Source: a virus. From it: a DNA stretch of 64,000 nucleotides. Where the stretch lies: IMG/VR virus record IMGVR_UViG_3300045136_000267; one strand, 5' to 3'. This document shows positions 19,774 through 28,976 of this stretch, piece after piece; positions within the stretch are counted from its first letter, which is position 1, and every line of letters starts with the position of its first letter. Made by a program: the position numbers and the translations under genes. Below the pieces are notes generated by a model. That model made no database searches. It was not told the origin of the DNA and worked only from the letters and a program-made list of their open reading frames with translations.

Positions 19774-20169
19774 ATGGAACTTAATACTAAGATGGCTTCT
19801 GATGCCGTTCAGAAGCTTATCAAAGATTGGTATGTGCCTGCCTTTATGACTAAATTGGCGGAGTATGGAATCAAGACTGATGATCCTGAGACTGTACAGA
19901 AGCTGTTTAGTATGGCGGCAACTTTAGCTACTCTGAATGAATATGGCAGAATTCAGAAAGAGAATGCTGAGGCTAATGCTCTGAAAGCTGCCGTAAAGAC
20001 TGCTGCTGATGATCTTGCTGCTCTTGTCAGTGGTAAGACTGTTCAGAAGCAGAATAAAGAGTTAGTAGATGCTGCTGTTTGCCGCAATGCGGTCGTGGAT
20101 GATCCAGAGCTTAGAAAAGCCGCTTTGATTTATGGCTATCTAACCTCTGGTGGTAAAGTAGGAGACTAG
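19774..20169 (+). CDS. Hypothetical head protein
   Basis: AGGAGG RBS; TKMA, TKLA and VKTAA motifs. Confidence 0.6.
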   Translation: MELNTKMASDAVQKLIKDWYVPAFMTKLAEYGIKTDDPETVQKLFSMAATLATLNEYGRIQKENAEANALKAAVKTAADDLAALVSGKTVQKQNKELVDAAVCRNAVVDDPELRKAALIYGYLTSGGKVGD

Positions 20170-20173
20170 ATAA

Positions 20174-20554
20174 ATGCAATATACATATAATAGTTCCATT
20201 TTTCAAATATCTACTAGCTCTAAAATGGTCTGTTTATGCACTATCATAAAGAATACTTCGTCTAGCAGTGTTTTTGTTCTGGTACCACGGCATGGTAAAA
20301 CTGTAGCTCCTAATGAGCAAGTTGTATTTGTTGGTAGTATTGCCGACTGGCTTCAGTCTAAAAGGTACAGAACTAGAAACTCTGTATTGAGACTATTTGA
20401 TGCATCTACCGGTAATGAAAACTTTAATAAATGTGTTATCCAACAGACTCCTGTTCCACACTTGTTCAACTCTGGGGGTACTGGTAATACTAAGATTATT
20501 GCTATATCTGGTGGTACCGATACTTTCGGTATAGCTAACCCTTGCTGGGCTTAG
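20174..20554 (+). CDS. Hypothetical structural protein
   Basis: Last ORF before the terminator. Confidence 0.5.
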   Translation: MQYTYNSSIFQISTSSKMVCLCTIIKNTSSSSVFVLVPRHGKTVAPNEQVVFVGSIADWLQSKRYRTRNSVLRLFDASTGNENFNKCVIQQTPVPHLFNSGGTGNTKIIAISGGTDTFGIANPCWA

Positions 20555-20610
20555 TTTTAATACTTTACTTTATTTAATCTTTGTAGACTCATATTTTTAT
20601 TGTATACTTT

Positions 20611-20647
20611 GGGGAGTGATTTAAGGATCACTCCCCTCTTTTTATTT
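20611..20647 (+). terminator. Rho-independent terminator closing the head operon
   Basis: GGGGAGTGAT-ttaagg-ATCACTCCCC stem followed by TCTTTTTATTT. Confidence 0.8.
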
Positions 20648-20658
20648 AGGGATTCGTT

Positions 20659-21243
20659 ATGGTTGGAAAGAGACAAAGAAAGAAAAATGTTTCTAATAGA
20701 TCTAAGAAAACAGTAGCTAAAGAAGAGATAAAAGAACAATTAACGCAAGTAGATTTAAATAAAGAACAATTATCTGAAATTACTCCTGAGATTAAAATTG
20801 AACTTACTCAGGAACAGCCTACTGTCAAAATAGAAGAAGCTCAACCTAGTGTAGAAAATGTAACTCCAGAATCTATTACAGAAGAGGCTAAAGATAATGT
20901 AGAAAAGGTAACTTCAGAGGAAGCTGCTATCCTTGATTCTATTTATGAAGAGATACATGCTCTGTTAGAGGAAGACAATAAAACAAAAGAAGAAGTCAAG
21001 CCAGAAGAAAAAATAGATTTTGTAGAAGTTAAAGATACTGTAAAAGAGAATGAAGAATATAAAGAAGCTGTCAATGCATTCATAAATACTATCAAAGACA
21101 AGAAAGAGCCAGTAACAGAATGGCTTAGAGATAAAACATTAAACTTTATAGACTCTTTTGCATTAGAAGTAACTTTGATGTTTATAATACTTTTAGTGAT
21201 CCTTGTCACCAGCATAGTTGGTTTATTCAACTTGATACATTGA
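20659..21243 (+). CDS. Acidic protein with a C-terminal transmembrane helix
   Basis: Basic N-terminus, Glu-rich middle, C-terminal VTLMFIILLVILVTSIVGLF. Confidence 0.6.
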   Translation: MVGKRQRKKNVSNRSKKTVAKEEIKEQLTQVDLNKEQLSEITPEIKIELTQEQPTVKIEEAQPSVENVTPESITEEAKDNVEKVTSEEAAILDSIYEEIHALLEEDNKTKEEVKPEEKIDFVEVKDTVKENEEYKEAVNAFINTIKDKKEPVTEWLRDKTLNFIDSFALEVTLMFIILLVILVTSIVGLFNLIH

Positions 21244-21253
21244 GAATGTCACT

Positions 21254-21577
21254 ATGCCAAGACCATCTGTTATCAGAATTAATTGTACTGAAATTATTCA
21301 AGTAGATATCTTCGATAAAATATCTGGACTACCAATTACAAATGGAATGGTCACGTGTAAATTATTAGACAAAAATAGAAATTTGATTGATGGTAGTTTA
21401 GTAGAATTAACGCATATAAATGATCAGCCAGGTACGTGGAGGGGAATATTTTCAGAAACTGTTACTGGATCTCTTACTAAAGGAGATAGGTATATACTCG
21501 TATTTGATATAATATCTCCATTAGGTAGAAGTTATGCAGAAAGTAAAATAGAAGCCATAGTAAGCGATTTAGAATAG
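21254..21577 (+). CDS. Small beta-rich structural protein
   Basis: ORF in the neck region; PG.WRG pattern. Confidence 0.45.
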   Translation: MPRPSVIRINCTEIIQVDIFDKISGLPITNGMVTCKLLDKNRNLIDGSLVELTHINDQPGTWRGIFSETVTGSLTKGDRYILVFDIISPLGRSYAESKIEAIVSDLE

Positions 21578-21578
21578 C

Positions 21579-22436
21579 ATGCCTAATGTAATTAAACCGC
21601 ATACCTACTACAACGAAGAAGTATTAACTAAAACACATGGCTTTCATTCTAGACAGAATTTAATAACTTCTTTCGTTCACAATCTAAAAGGCTTCAATGG
21701 AGAACTTGTAAATATCAATGATTTACAATCAGAACATGGGAAAACATTCATTCCTAAAATTGCATATAGAGAAGCTTCTTTTGCCGATCCGACGGTAATC
21801 ATAGATCAAGATAATTGCTCTATTACAGACAAACCATCTGGCGAAATTGCCTTCAAATTACCAGATGAAATAAGAAAAGTACCAGGAATATATACTGTAG
21901 AGATAGCTCTTTTTGATGGTAGCTCGAATAAACTCGACGATATATATTTCTCTAATGTTTTATATTTATATAACGAGCCTAGCAATTGGACAGAAGTAAA
22001 TTATACATTACCTAGTTTAGGTGATATAAGGCTATCTGTCAGAGATTCATCTCCTATTGAGAATGAACTATTAGGAAATGTAGACTTTGATATTGCTGAA
22101 ATCTGTTTTGCTATGGCTAGAGTTATCCAGTATTGGAATACCATTCCTCCGCATATCAGCGTATTTACTACTAGAAATTTCCCATTTAGAAATTTATGGA
22201 TTAATGGAACACAGTTGTTCTTATTTGAAATTGCTCAAGAGCATTACAGAAGAAATCAATTAGCATACTCTGCTGGTGGTCTATCTATAGACGATAAGAA
22301 TAAAATGAATCTTTATAGAGCAGCATTCCAGGATAAATTACAACTATTCTTGGCTGAAATTAAACATCAGAAGTACGTAATGAACGTAAATGTATCTACT
22401 ACAATTACAGGACCTTTTTCTACAGGCTTGTTATAG
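21579..22436 (+). CDS. Putative head-tail adaptor (neck) protein
   Basis: Position, and the C-terminal RNQLAYSAGGLSIDDK pattern. Confidence 0.5.
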   Translation: MPNVIKPHTYYNEEVLTKTHGFHSRQNLITSFVHNLKGFNGELVNINDLQSEHGKTFIPKIAYREASFADPTVIIDQDNCSITDKPSGEIAFKLPDEIRKVPGIYTVEIALFDGSSNKLDDIYFSNVLYLYNEPSNWTEVNYTLPSLGDIRLSVRDSSPIENELLGNVDFDIAEICFAMARVIQYWNTIPPHISVFTTRNFPFRNLWINGTQLFLFEIAQEHYRRNQLAYSAGGLSIDDKNKMNLYRAAFQDKLQLFLAEIKHQKYVMNVNVSTTITGPFSTGLL

Positions 22437-22438
22437 AG

Positions 22439-23248
22439 ATGTTTAATTTCTATAAAATAGACTCAAGTCCTGTATTTAAAAGAGTAGTAATAGATTTCAA
22501 TATAGAAGGGCTCTCTACTATCTATTGGGAATTAAAGCCATCATTCAAAGATGTTTTACCTTATCAATATTACATAGATTTCAATCCAGAATTCAATAAT
22601 CCAGACGAATGGATAACTATTGCTGGTCCATTAGTTAATGCAACGTCTTATTCATTCAGTAATATCAGAACTCCTGGAAGAATAAGAACCTTTGGATTTA
22701 AAATAAGATTAGAAACTCCAGCTAATTCTTATGAATCAGAAATTTACAGTAATCAAGGATTATTAACATATAAACAACAAGTACAATATAAAACTATCAC
22801 AAGAAGAGTCAGTATGGTTTTAATACCAATAAAAGCTAAACTGTTGAAAAGAAAATGGTTTGGTCCAAGATGTGGTAAATGTATCAACTCTGAAACTGGA
22901 GAAGTTACTGATTCACATTGTACAACATGCTATGGAACTGGTTATGTAGGAGGATATTGGAAAGCAGCAGATATTAGACTACTAGATATTTCAACCGCTT
23001 CTTATACTGATAGATTAGATCCAAGTTTAGTAGCAGGACAAACTGGTCATCAAATAGTGAAAGCCGCTACGGTAGGTATTCCATTTGCTGAAGCATACGA
23101 TGTTATCGTGCGGGAAGATGTAGATAGAAGATATTATGTCAGACAGACATCTACTAGAGCCGAGATGGCTGGAATTCCTGTCATTACAGATCTGGACATG
23201 GGCGTAGCTGATTTTGATGACATAATTTATAGTTTTCCAGTAGAATAA
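22439..23248 (+). CDS. Putative head closure/neck protein with Zn-finger
   Basis: G.RC.KC...C.TCYGTGYVGGY motif seen in neck proteins of large phages. Confidence 0.55.
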   Translation: MFNFYKIDSSPVFKRVVIDFNIEGLSTIYWELKPSFKDVLPYQYYIDFNPEFNNPDEWITIAGPLVNATSYSFSNIRTPGRIRTFGFKIRLETPANSYESEIYSNQGLLTYKQQVQYKTITRRVSMVLIPIKAKLLKRKWFGPRCGKCINSETGEVTDSHCTTCYGTGYVGGYWKAADIRLLDISTASYTDRLDPSLVAGQTGHQIVKAATVGIPFAEAYDVIVREDVDRRYYVRQTSTRAEMAGIPVITDLDMGVADFDDIIYSFPVE

Positions 23249-23910
23249 TGGGTGACATTTCTGCAAATCCGATTGATCTACTAGATATTAAGTATCTATA
23301 TAGATACCCCATTAGACCTAATCTCATGAATGCTACACTTCTCAATTTAACACGTCATTATTTTACCAAACCAGAATATTTGGTCACTCCTAGATTTAAA
23401 GGAAAGCCAAATAGAGGAATAACTCCATCAGAGCAAGATAGCGTAAAAATTGTATCTGTTGCAGCTAGAGAGAAAGTAACTACAGATAAAATCCCTTTAA
23501 TCGCTCTACGAAGACTGGAATGGGTTCCAGTTCAACTAGGACTAGGTGATGGAATAATTAATTCTAGTACAAAAAACACCTTTACTACTTCTTTCCAAGG
23601 CGGACATGCATTTTTCTGTAGATCAACAGAAATGGGAGAAGTAGAATATTTAGTTGAAGAAGTAATGAATTTACTAATAAGATATCAGACTGTGATCAGA
23701 AGACTACTCAATTTAGCTCAATTCAATGTTTCTCTTGTAGAAAAAGTATCAATGTCTGTTTACCATAAAGAATATTATACCTGCCCTGTCACAGTTAAAT
23801 ATACATGGGTAGAAAGCTGGTCTTACGATAAATCTATTGATGACATAGTTGGGGTAATAGACAGAACATTAATGGAGATAGGTTGGCCTCCGCCAGTTAT
23901 AGATAAATAG
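23248..23910 (+). CDS. Putative tail terminator/completion protein
   Basis: Gene position and size. Confidence 0.4.
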   Translation: MGDISANPIDLLDIKYLYRYPIRPNLMNATLLNLTRHYFTKPEYLVTPRFKGKPNRGITPSEQDSVKIVSVAAREKVTTDKIPLIALRRLEWVPVQLGLGDGIINSSTKNTFTTSFQGGHAFFCRSTEMGEVEYLVEEVMNLLIRYQTVIRRLLNLAQFNVSLVEKVSMSVYHKEYYTCPVTVKYTWVESWSYDKSIDDIVGVIDRTLMEIGWPPPVIDK

Positions 23911-23921
23911 AGGATAATTAC

Positions 23922-24338
23922 ATGTCTACGTATTCAAGCTCATGTACTACAGTAAATGATATCACGATAACTGCATTTGGGAATTTAGGTGTTGCTAGAG
24001 CTTTTGTATTTAAATATGAATTTAAACCAGCTATAGTTACGGGATTAAATCTCAAAAATAGTTTCCTAGTATATGCTAGGCCTATTGGTATTGGAGAAGT
24101 AGTACATGTATTGTTTTTGGAAGGTAGTCCTACTGGAGGCGGAAATAGCTTTACAAAATTAGATCCTTGTAGGGAAGGCTCTGTAGAAGTTCGAAGAGAT
24201 GGAAGTTCAAGCGCACTGGCGTTTAGAGCAGGTAAAGCATACTTGGTCGGAGTAGAAGGAAGAATAACAGTAGAACAATATTTATTTATAGAGTCTTTGA
24301 GATTTTACTTTTTTGATTATGATGTAGGACAAAAATGA
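23922..24338 (+). CDS. Putative tail tube-like protein
   Basis: 138 aa, beta-rich, GAGGA RBS, position. Confidence 0.3.
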   Translation: MSTYSSSCTTVNDITITAFGNLGVARAFVFKYEFKPAIVTGLNLKNSFLVYARPIGIGEVVHVLFLEGSPTGGGNSFTKLDPCREGSVEVRRDGSSSALAFRAGKAYLVGVEGRITVEQYLFIESLRFYFFDYDVGQK

Positions 24339-26902
24339 AAAGAGCTTTTCACGAAGAAAAACAAGGGCAGGCTAATGCCCTTCCAACTTCTTATCTAAAT
24401 GCTTCTCTTAAGCAAGAAGTACATAATAAATATACAAAAGCGTTTGACTCTCATCTTAAAGCTAACAGAATATACGAACCTCCGACATTAAGAAAAGGAT
24501 TAGTAATCTTCTCTAATCCAATGCTACGTGTCTACTATGTAGCAACTGAAAACGGAGGGCCTGTAAAAGAATGTCTCTACTTAATGAGAGGTTCTGGAAA
24601 TATTTTGGGTGTATATGACGCCAGTACTATTTCTGTAAATACAAAAGTCTGGTATATAGACGATCCCTCTAGTAGATATGGAATAATCATAGGCGCTGAG
24701 CCTAAGTATAATATAAATCCCACTACGGCAATCAATGAAATAATAGGTCAAGAATCTGAAATAGGACCTTTGCATCAAAATGCATATAAACTATTAACCC
24801 CACAATTCAATAATAATAGAAGGACAGCGCTAGCCGACTATTCAGGTAGGACTCCAGAAGATAGTACTGAAGTAGGTGAACATACACTAATTTCCGAATC
24901 TGGTTCTGCTATTCATCTAGATCCTTTCATGGCAATGATTAGAGCATCAGACATTAGCGGTGTCTGGTGCTTCTATATTGACTCTTTAACTAGAGTATCT
25001 GGTCAACATCTAGAGTTATGGTCTGGTGTTTCTGAATTCAGAGCACATTCTGACTTTCACTATAGCTTTATCTATGAAGGGGTAGCCCGAAATGTAGCTG
25101 AACAAGCTGGGCTTCCAACTAAAATGGATACTCGGGCTAGACTCCAGGAAGTTCTGAAAATAGACAGCGCTAGAAAAAGGAAGCCTCTTCATTATGATAA
25201 AAGATTCAGTGGTTCTCTATTCAATGGCGACAGACGTTTAATGATTGCTGTTGGAGATCAGGAATGGAAATATGGTGATACTAAGAACGTCAAAGGATTA
25301 TCAGATTTTTATAGATGTAAATTTGGTCAAATAGGAATTAAATCTGCTACAGGAATTCATCTCGTAAAATCTCCACATATTCGTTTTGTTGAAGAAAAAG
25401 CAGTTGGAGGTTTTGATGAAAGTGTAGAGAATTACAATCCTAACAGCTTTAGATATGAAATTCTTCAAGCAGAAACTGCGGTACCTAAGCCATTTGTAAT
25501 TCATGATATACATGCTTTTCTATTTGATTATTTACCTAATAACTATCCTAGCAGTAACAATAAAAGATTTTATGTAAACGATAATAACCGGAGCCAAAAT
25601 ACATCAGGACCCTCTCTTTCTGGTTTTAGTCAGAATTATGAGCTTTTACAAGAACCTTCTTCTGAAGAGGTCACGGTAGGTAGTGATGAAAAAATAAGAG
25701 TCTATAAAAATAATTCATACATTAGCATGACTGCAGACGGTTCTATAATATTAGGAGACGGGTATGGCGCTACTATAACTATGACAAGAGGAAAAATTCA
25801 AATAGATGCACCTTTAGGAATTGAATTCATAAGCGGTAGAAACTTCATTGTCCATGCCGGCAGAGACGTAATTCTTAGAGCTAAGAATTGTGTAGACGTA
25901 TCTACTACTGAGGGTTCCATACGTAATATTTCTGGTGCCAACTTCTATGTTAGAGCAGCACACAAGAAAAATAATAGTGGAATAGTATTAGAGGCAGACA
26001 GTGAAGCGGACCCAGGAGATTCTACACCAGGAATAGGGGATGATGCTTTTTATCCAGGTATAAATTTGAAATCAAGTAACGCTTGTATTGCTATTCAATC
26101 TAAATCTGTCTTTTTAAATGGAACTAGAGGAATATTGGAATACGCCGACTCTGGTAATATCGTTAGGGCAGGTAACAATTTAATAGATGTATCAAAAGAA
26201 TATGTTCACCAGATTTTTGGCGATCTGTCCGGGTCTGGTGATAGCTCTAACAGTGGATCTGGTAGTGGATCAGGCAGCGGATCGGGTAGTAGATCAGGTA
26301 GCGGATCAGGTAGCGGGTCTGAAGAATGTAATCCAGTATCTAGTACATCCGACATCCAATGTAATACCTTTTCTGCCTCTGGCAATTATTTAGGACATGA
26401 TCTTTTTGTTAGAGGTAGGATTATAGGAGGATCTTCTGGTCACTTTAAATGCAAAGTAAAATGTGATGATGCCAGTACAGCCAATAATGCTAATAGTGAA
26501 AAATCAAATCTAGAAATAAATGCAAGGACGGCTAAAAACGCTGCTGAAGATCTTTTAGAAAATAATCAGACTTTACTAGAAGATATGTCTATCACTTTTA
26601 GAAATTCCGAGCAGTATAAGAGTTCTGGATACACGATAATAGCTCCTAGATGGAAGGACTGGGGAACTAGTGAATGGAAAGAAGACGGTCTTTGGTCAAC
26701 GACTGATAGTACAGCGTCTATTACCTATCCATTCCCAGGGGAAGCAGCTTTTGATGGGAATGTACAACCTATCATTTGGGTTAATCCGAAGTTTTCTGAT
26801 AAGTATGGAAATGTAACAACAACTATAAATAATATCGGCAATACTAATTATTCAGTGCAGATTCAACGAAGTAATATGCATAAATTCAAAATAGTAGGAT
26901 AA
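24335..26902 (+). CDS. Putative baseplate spike protein (gp5/VgrG-like)
   Basis: Beta-helix-like run SYISMTADGSIILGDGYGATITMTRGKIQIDAPLGIEFISGRNFIVHAGRDVILRA; Gly-Ser linker. Confidence 0.55.
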   Translation: MKRAFHEEKQGQANALPTSYLNASLKQEVHNKYTKAFDSHLKANRIYEPPTLRKGLVIFSNPMLRVYYVATENGGPVKECLYLMRGSGNILGVYDASTISVNTKVWYIDDPSSRYGIIIGAEPKYNINPTTAINEIIGQESEIGPLHQNAYKLLTPQFNNNRRTALADYSGRTPEDSTEVGEHTLISESGSAIHLDPFMAMIRASDISGVWCFYIDSLTRVSGQHLELWSGVSEFRAHSDFHYSFIYEGVARNVAEQAGLPTKMDTRARLQEVLKIDSARKRKPLHYDKRFSGSLFNGDRRLMIAVGDQEWKYGDTKNVKGLSDFYRCKFGQIGIKSATGIHLVKSPHIRFVEEKAVGGFDESVENYNPNSFRYEILQAETAVPKPFVIHDIHAFLFDYLPNNYPSSNNKRFYVNDNNRSQNTSGPSLSGFSQNYELLQEPSSEEVTVGSDEKIRVYKNNSYISMTADGSIILGDGYGATITMTRGKIQIDAPLGIEFISGRNFIVHAGRDVILRAKNCVDVSTTEGSIRNISGANFYVRAAHKKNNSGIVLEADSEADPGDSTPGIGDDAFYPGINLKSSNACIAIQSKSVFLNGTRGILEYADSGNIVRAGNNLIDVSKEYVHQIFGDLSGSGDSSNSGSGSGSGSGSGSRSGSGSGSGSEECNPVSSTSDIQCNTFSASGNYLGHDLFVRGRIIGGSSGHFKCKVKCDDASTANNANSEKSNLEINARTAKNAAEDLLENNQTLLEDMSITFRNSEQYKSSGYTIIAPRWKDWGTSEWKEDGLWSTTDSTASITYPFPGEAAFDGNVQPIIWVNPKFSDKYGNVTTTINNIGNTNYSVQIQRSNMHKFKIVG
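26230..26320 (+). repeat. Coding (GS)n linker repeat
   Basis: ggtagcggatca-type 12-nt units encoding SGSGSGSG. Confidence 0.85.
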
Positions 26903-26905
26903 ATT

Positions 26906-27361
26906 ATGTCAACTATCTTCACTCAAAAAGAAATAGAAAATTTCCTGATCGCAATATTTACTGATCCTTCTTCTTTCCAGAAGGAATATTCTTTAATAGA
27001 TGATCTTAAAGTATCTTTCTGTTTGTTATCTAGTAATGAACATTTGTTAATAGAGAATTACATAGATGAATTAATTTCTAATTCCAAAATAACTAATAAT
27101 GTCCAAGCTATTAAGGAAAAGAAGAAATTACAAATGTTATTATCCGTATATTCTTTATCTTCTACTAAACATAAGATTTTCTATAAGAAAACAAATAATT
27201 TGAATATAGATTTTTCCAGTATATGTAATAATCTGAAAAGTCAAGTACTTTATTCTCTGTTTATTGCAAGGTGGAAAGAATTCAATAATTATATCAAAGC
27301 TATAGTAAAGGAGGCGACTGCCCCGGATTTTTTTCAAGGTACAAGGGAATCTACTTCTTAA
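26906..27361 (+). CDS. Tail assembly chaperone (short form)
   Basis: 151 aa ending APDFF, with a slippery heptamer and hairpin near the 3' end; in the tail module. Confidence 0.7.
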   Translation: MSTIFTQKEIENFLIAIFTDPSSFQKEYSLIDDLKVSFCLLSSNEHLLIENYIDELISNSKITNNVQAIKEKKKLQMLLSVYSLSSTKHKIFYKKTNNLNIDFSSICNNLKSQVLYSLFIARWKEFNNYIKAIVKEATAPDFFQGTRESTS

Positions 27362-27675
27362 TAGATTCCCTTTTAGATATTATAGATAACAAATCTTTAA
27401 CATTAAAATATCTCCCAGGAAAGCTTGTTCTTTGTCTTAAAACTAGATATTCCTATGTAAATAGGAAGATAGATATTCTCAAAACTAGAAATACAGTTCT
27501 ATCTTCTCTAGCTAAAATTAGTAAAATAGATAAGGAAATTGTTATTCAATCTTATAATAGCTATGCAAATTTTGCATTAACACAAAGCACCCAAGCTTTA
27601 AATATAAAGGATAAATACGCAGATTTGATTGAAAGGCTAGAGAGATTGAAAGCTAGCAGGAACCTAAATGCCTAG
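26906..27675 (+). CDS. Tail assembly chaperone, -1 frameshift extended form
   Basis: The -1 frame is open with no ATG from the slip site to TAG at 27673-27675, filling the gap in the ORF track. Confidence 0.75.
27328..27372 (+). promoter_or_regulatory. Programmed -1 ribosomal frameshift signal
   Basis: T TTT TTT (27328-27334), 8-nt spacer, perfect 11-bp stem AAGGGAATCTA/TAGATTCCCTT. Confidence 0.8.
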
Positions 27676-28246
27676 AAAATTCAGAAGGTTAAGAAAACCT
27701 AGACAATATCTTAAAAAGGATAAAAGATATGACAATTTATCTGCTATTATGTCTAGTAGAGAAGAAAAGACAGCAATCAATACTTTTACTCCAAAGGTGG
27801 ACGACGAGGTTTTGATTAATAAAAACGATGTAAGAAGAATAGAAATAGAATCAGAGAATCAACAATCTTATGCAGATGCAAACGTGGAAATAGAAGACAT
27901 TGATACTACTCAGAAAATAGAACAGAATGAACTTAATATTCCAGAAGATAGAGATGAAATAAATATTGATCTAGGAGAAATTCAACAGCAGAATATACAG
28001 ATGGACATTTCAAATATTAATCTAGATTCTCAAAACGTGTATATACCTAATTTATCAAATACAGAGGACATAGAAATTCCTCAAACTCTTGTAGAGTCAA
28101 ATATTCCTTCCCTGGATACTGAATCTTATTCCAATTTTAATATGATGGATTTACAAAATTTAGGAATAAGAGACAGCGGACCACAGATTCCAAATGTCGG
28201 TGATATAGACTTTAGTCCATTAAATACACAAGTAACACATTACTAA
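27668..28246 (+). CDS. Hypothetical protein (basic N-terminus, acidic Asn/Ile-rich body)
   Basis: Start overlaps the stop of the frameshifted frame. Confidence 0.55.
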   Translation: MPRKFRRLRKPRQYLKKDKRYDNLSAIMSSREEKTAINTFTPKVDDEVLINKNDVRRIEIESENQQSYADANVEIEDIDTTQKIEQNELNIPEDRDEINIDLGEIQQQNIQMDISNINLDSQNVYIPNLSNTEDIEIPQTLVESNIPSLDTESYSNFNMMDLQNLGIRDSGPQIPNVGDIDFSPLNTQVTHY

Positions 28247-28250
28247 TAGT

Positions 28251-28970
28251 ATGGCAGATAACTTTGTTCCTCCTAAGAGTTGGATTATTAAACCTACGCC
28301 TGAAGAAAAAAAATCTAAAGACCCTTTTACTTCATTATTTGAAGGAGGTTTTGCCTCAGCTAAATATCCAACATCAATGACCCATTCTACTCCTAATATT
28401 TCTAATTTAGGAGTAACATTAAGTATAGTTAATCCAGACCCTCCTGATGATCAAAGTGCTTTTACTGTCCTGCAATTAGAGAAAGCGGGTCTTATTCCTT
28501 CATTTATAAAAGCACTTACAGTAAATAATATTCAAACGAGTCCTACTTTAAGCGGAGTAATGTATACTTATATCTTCCCACCTTCTGCATTTAAATGTAT
28601 TATTGCTGGATATATTCTGAGAAACGAAGTTATCCAAGAAGAAACGACAAGAAGGATAAATAATCAACTTGTAACTACAAAACAGGCTAAAAATATTCAA
28701 GCCACTCCGTTTTCTATGCTATCTAATTTGGCTACATTAGTAGCAGCAAGTTATTATGGAGCCTTATGTCGAATAGACATTAGCAATGTAACCGTGACTG
28801 TAGAGCAAGACAATGATCCAAGATCTAAGTCTTATGGGCAAATGGTAGAAAAGGACATCGCAACAGACAGTATGTACCTCATCGGTTTTTTAGAAAATGT
28901 AGGATTCGAGTTCAGTGATACAGAAAATAAAATAGGTAAGTTTGAATTACATTTTCATTGTTATCCATAA
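28251..28970 (+). CDS. Putative tail/baseplate protein
   Basis: Position; tube-like C-terminal beta pattern (LIGFLENVGFEF..FELHF). Confidence 0.35.
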   Translation: MADNFVPPKSWIIKPTPEEKKSKDPFTSLFEGGFASAKYPTSMTHSTPNISNLGVTLSIVNPDPPDDQSAFTVLQLEKAGLIPSFIKALTVNNIQTSPTLSGVMYTYIFPPSAFKCIIAGYILRNEVIQEETTRRINNQLVTTKQAKNIQATPFSMLSNLATLVAASYYGALCRIDISNVTVTVEQDNDPRSKSYGQMVEKDIATDSMYLIGFLENVGFEFSDTENKIGKFELHFHCYP

Positions 28971-28976
28971 AGAACT

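Noticed and set aside
20557-20739. Minus-strand 60-aa ORF
   Set aside because: It spans a terminator and the start of the next plus-strand gene, so it is probably spurious.
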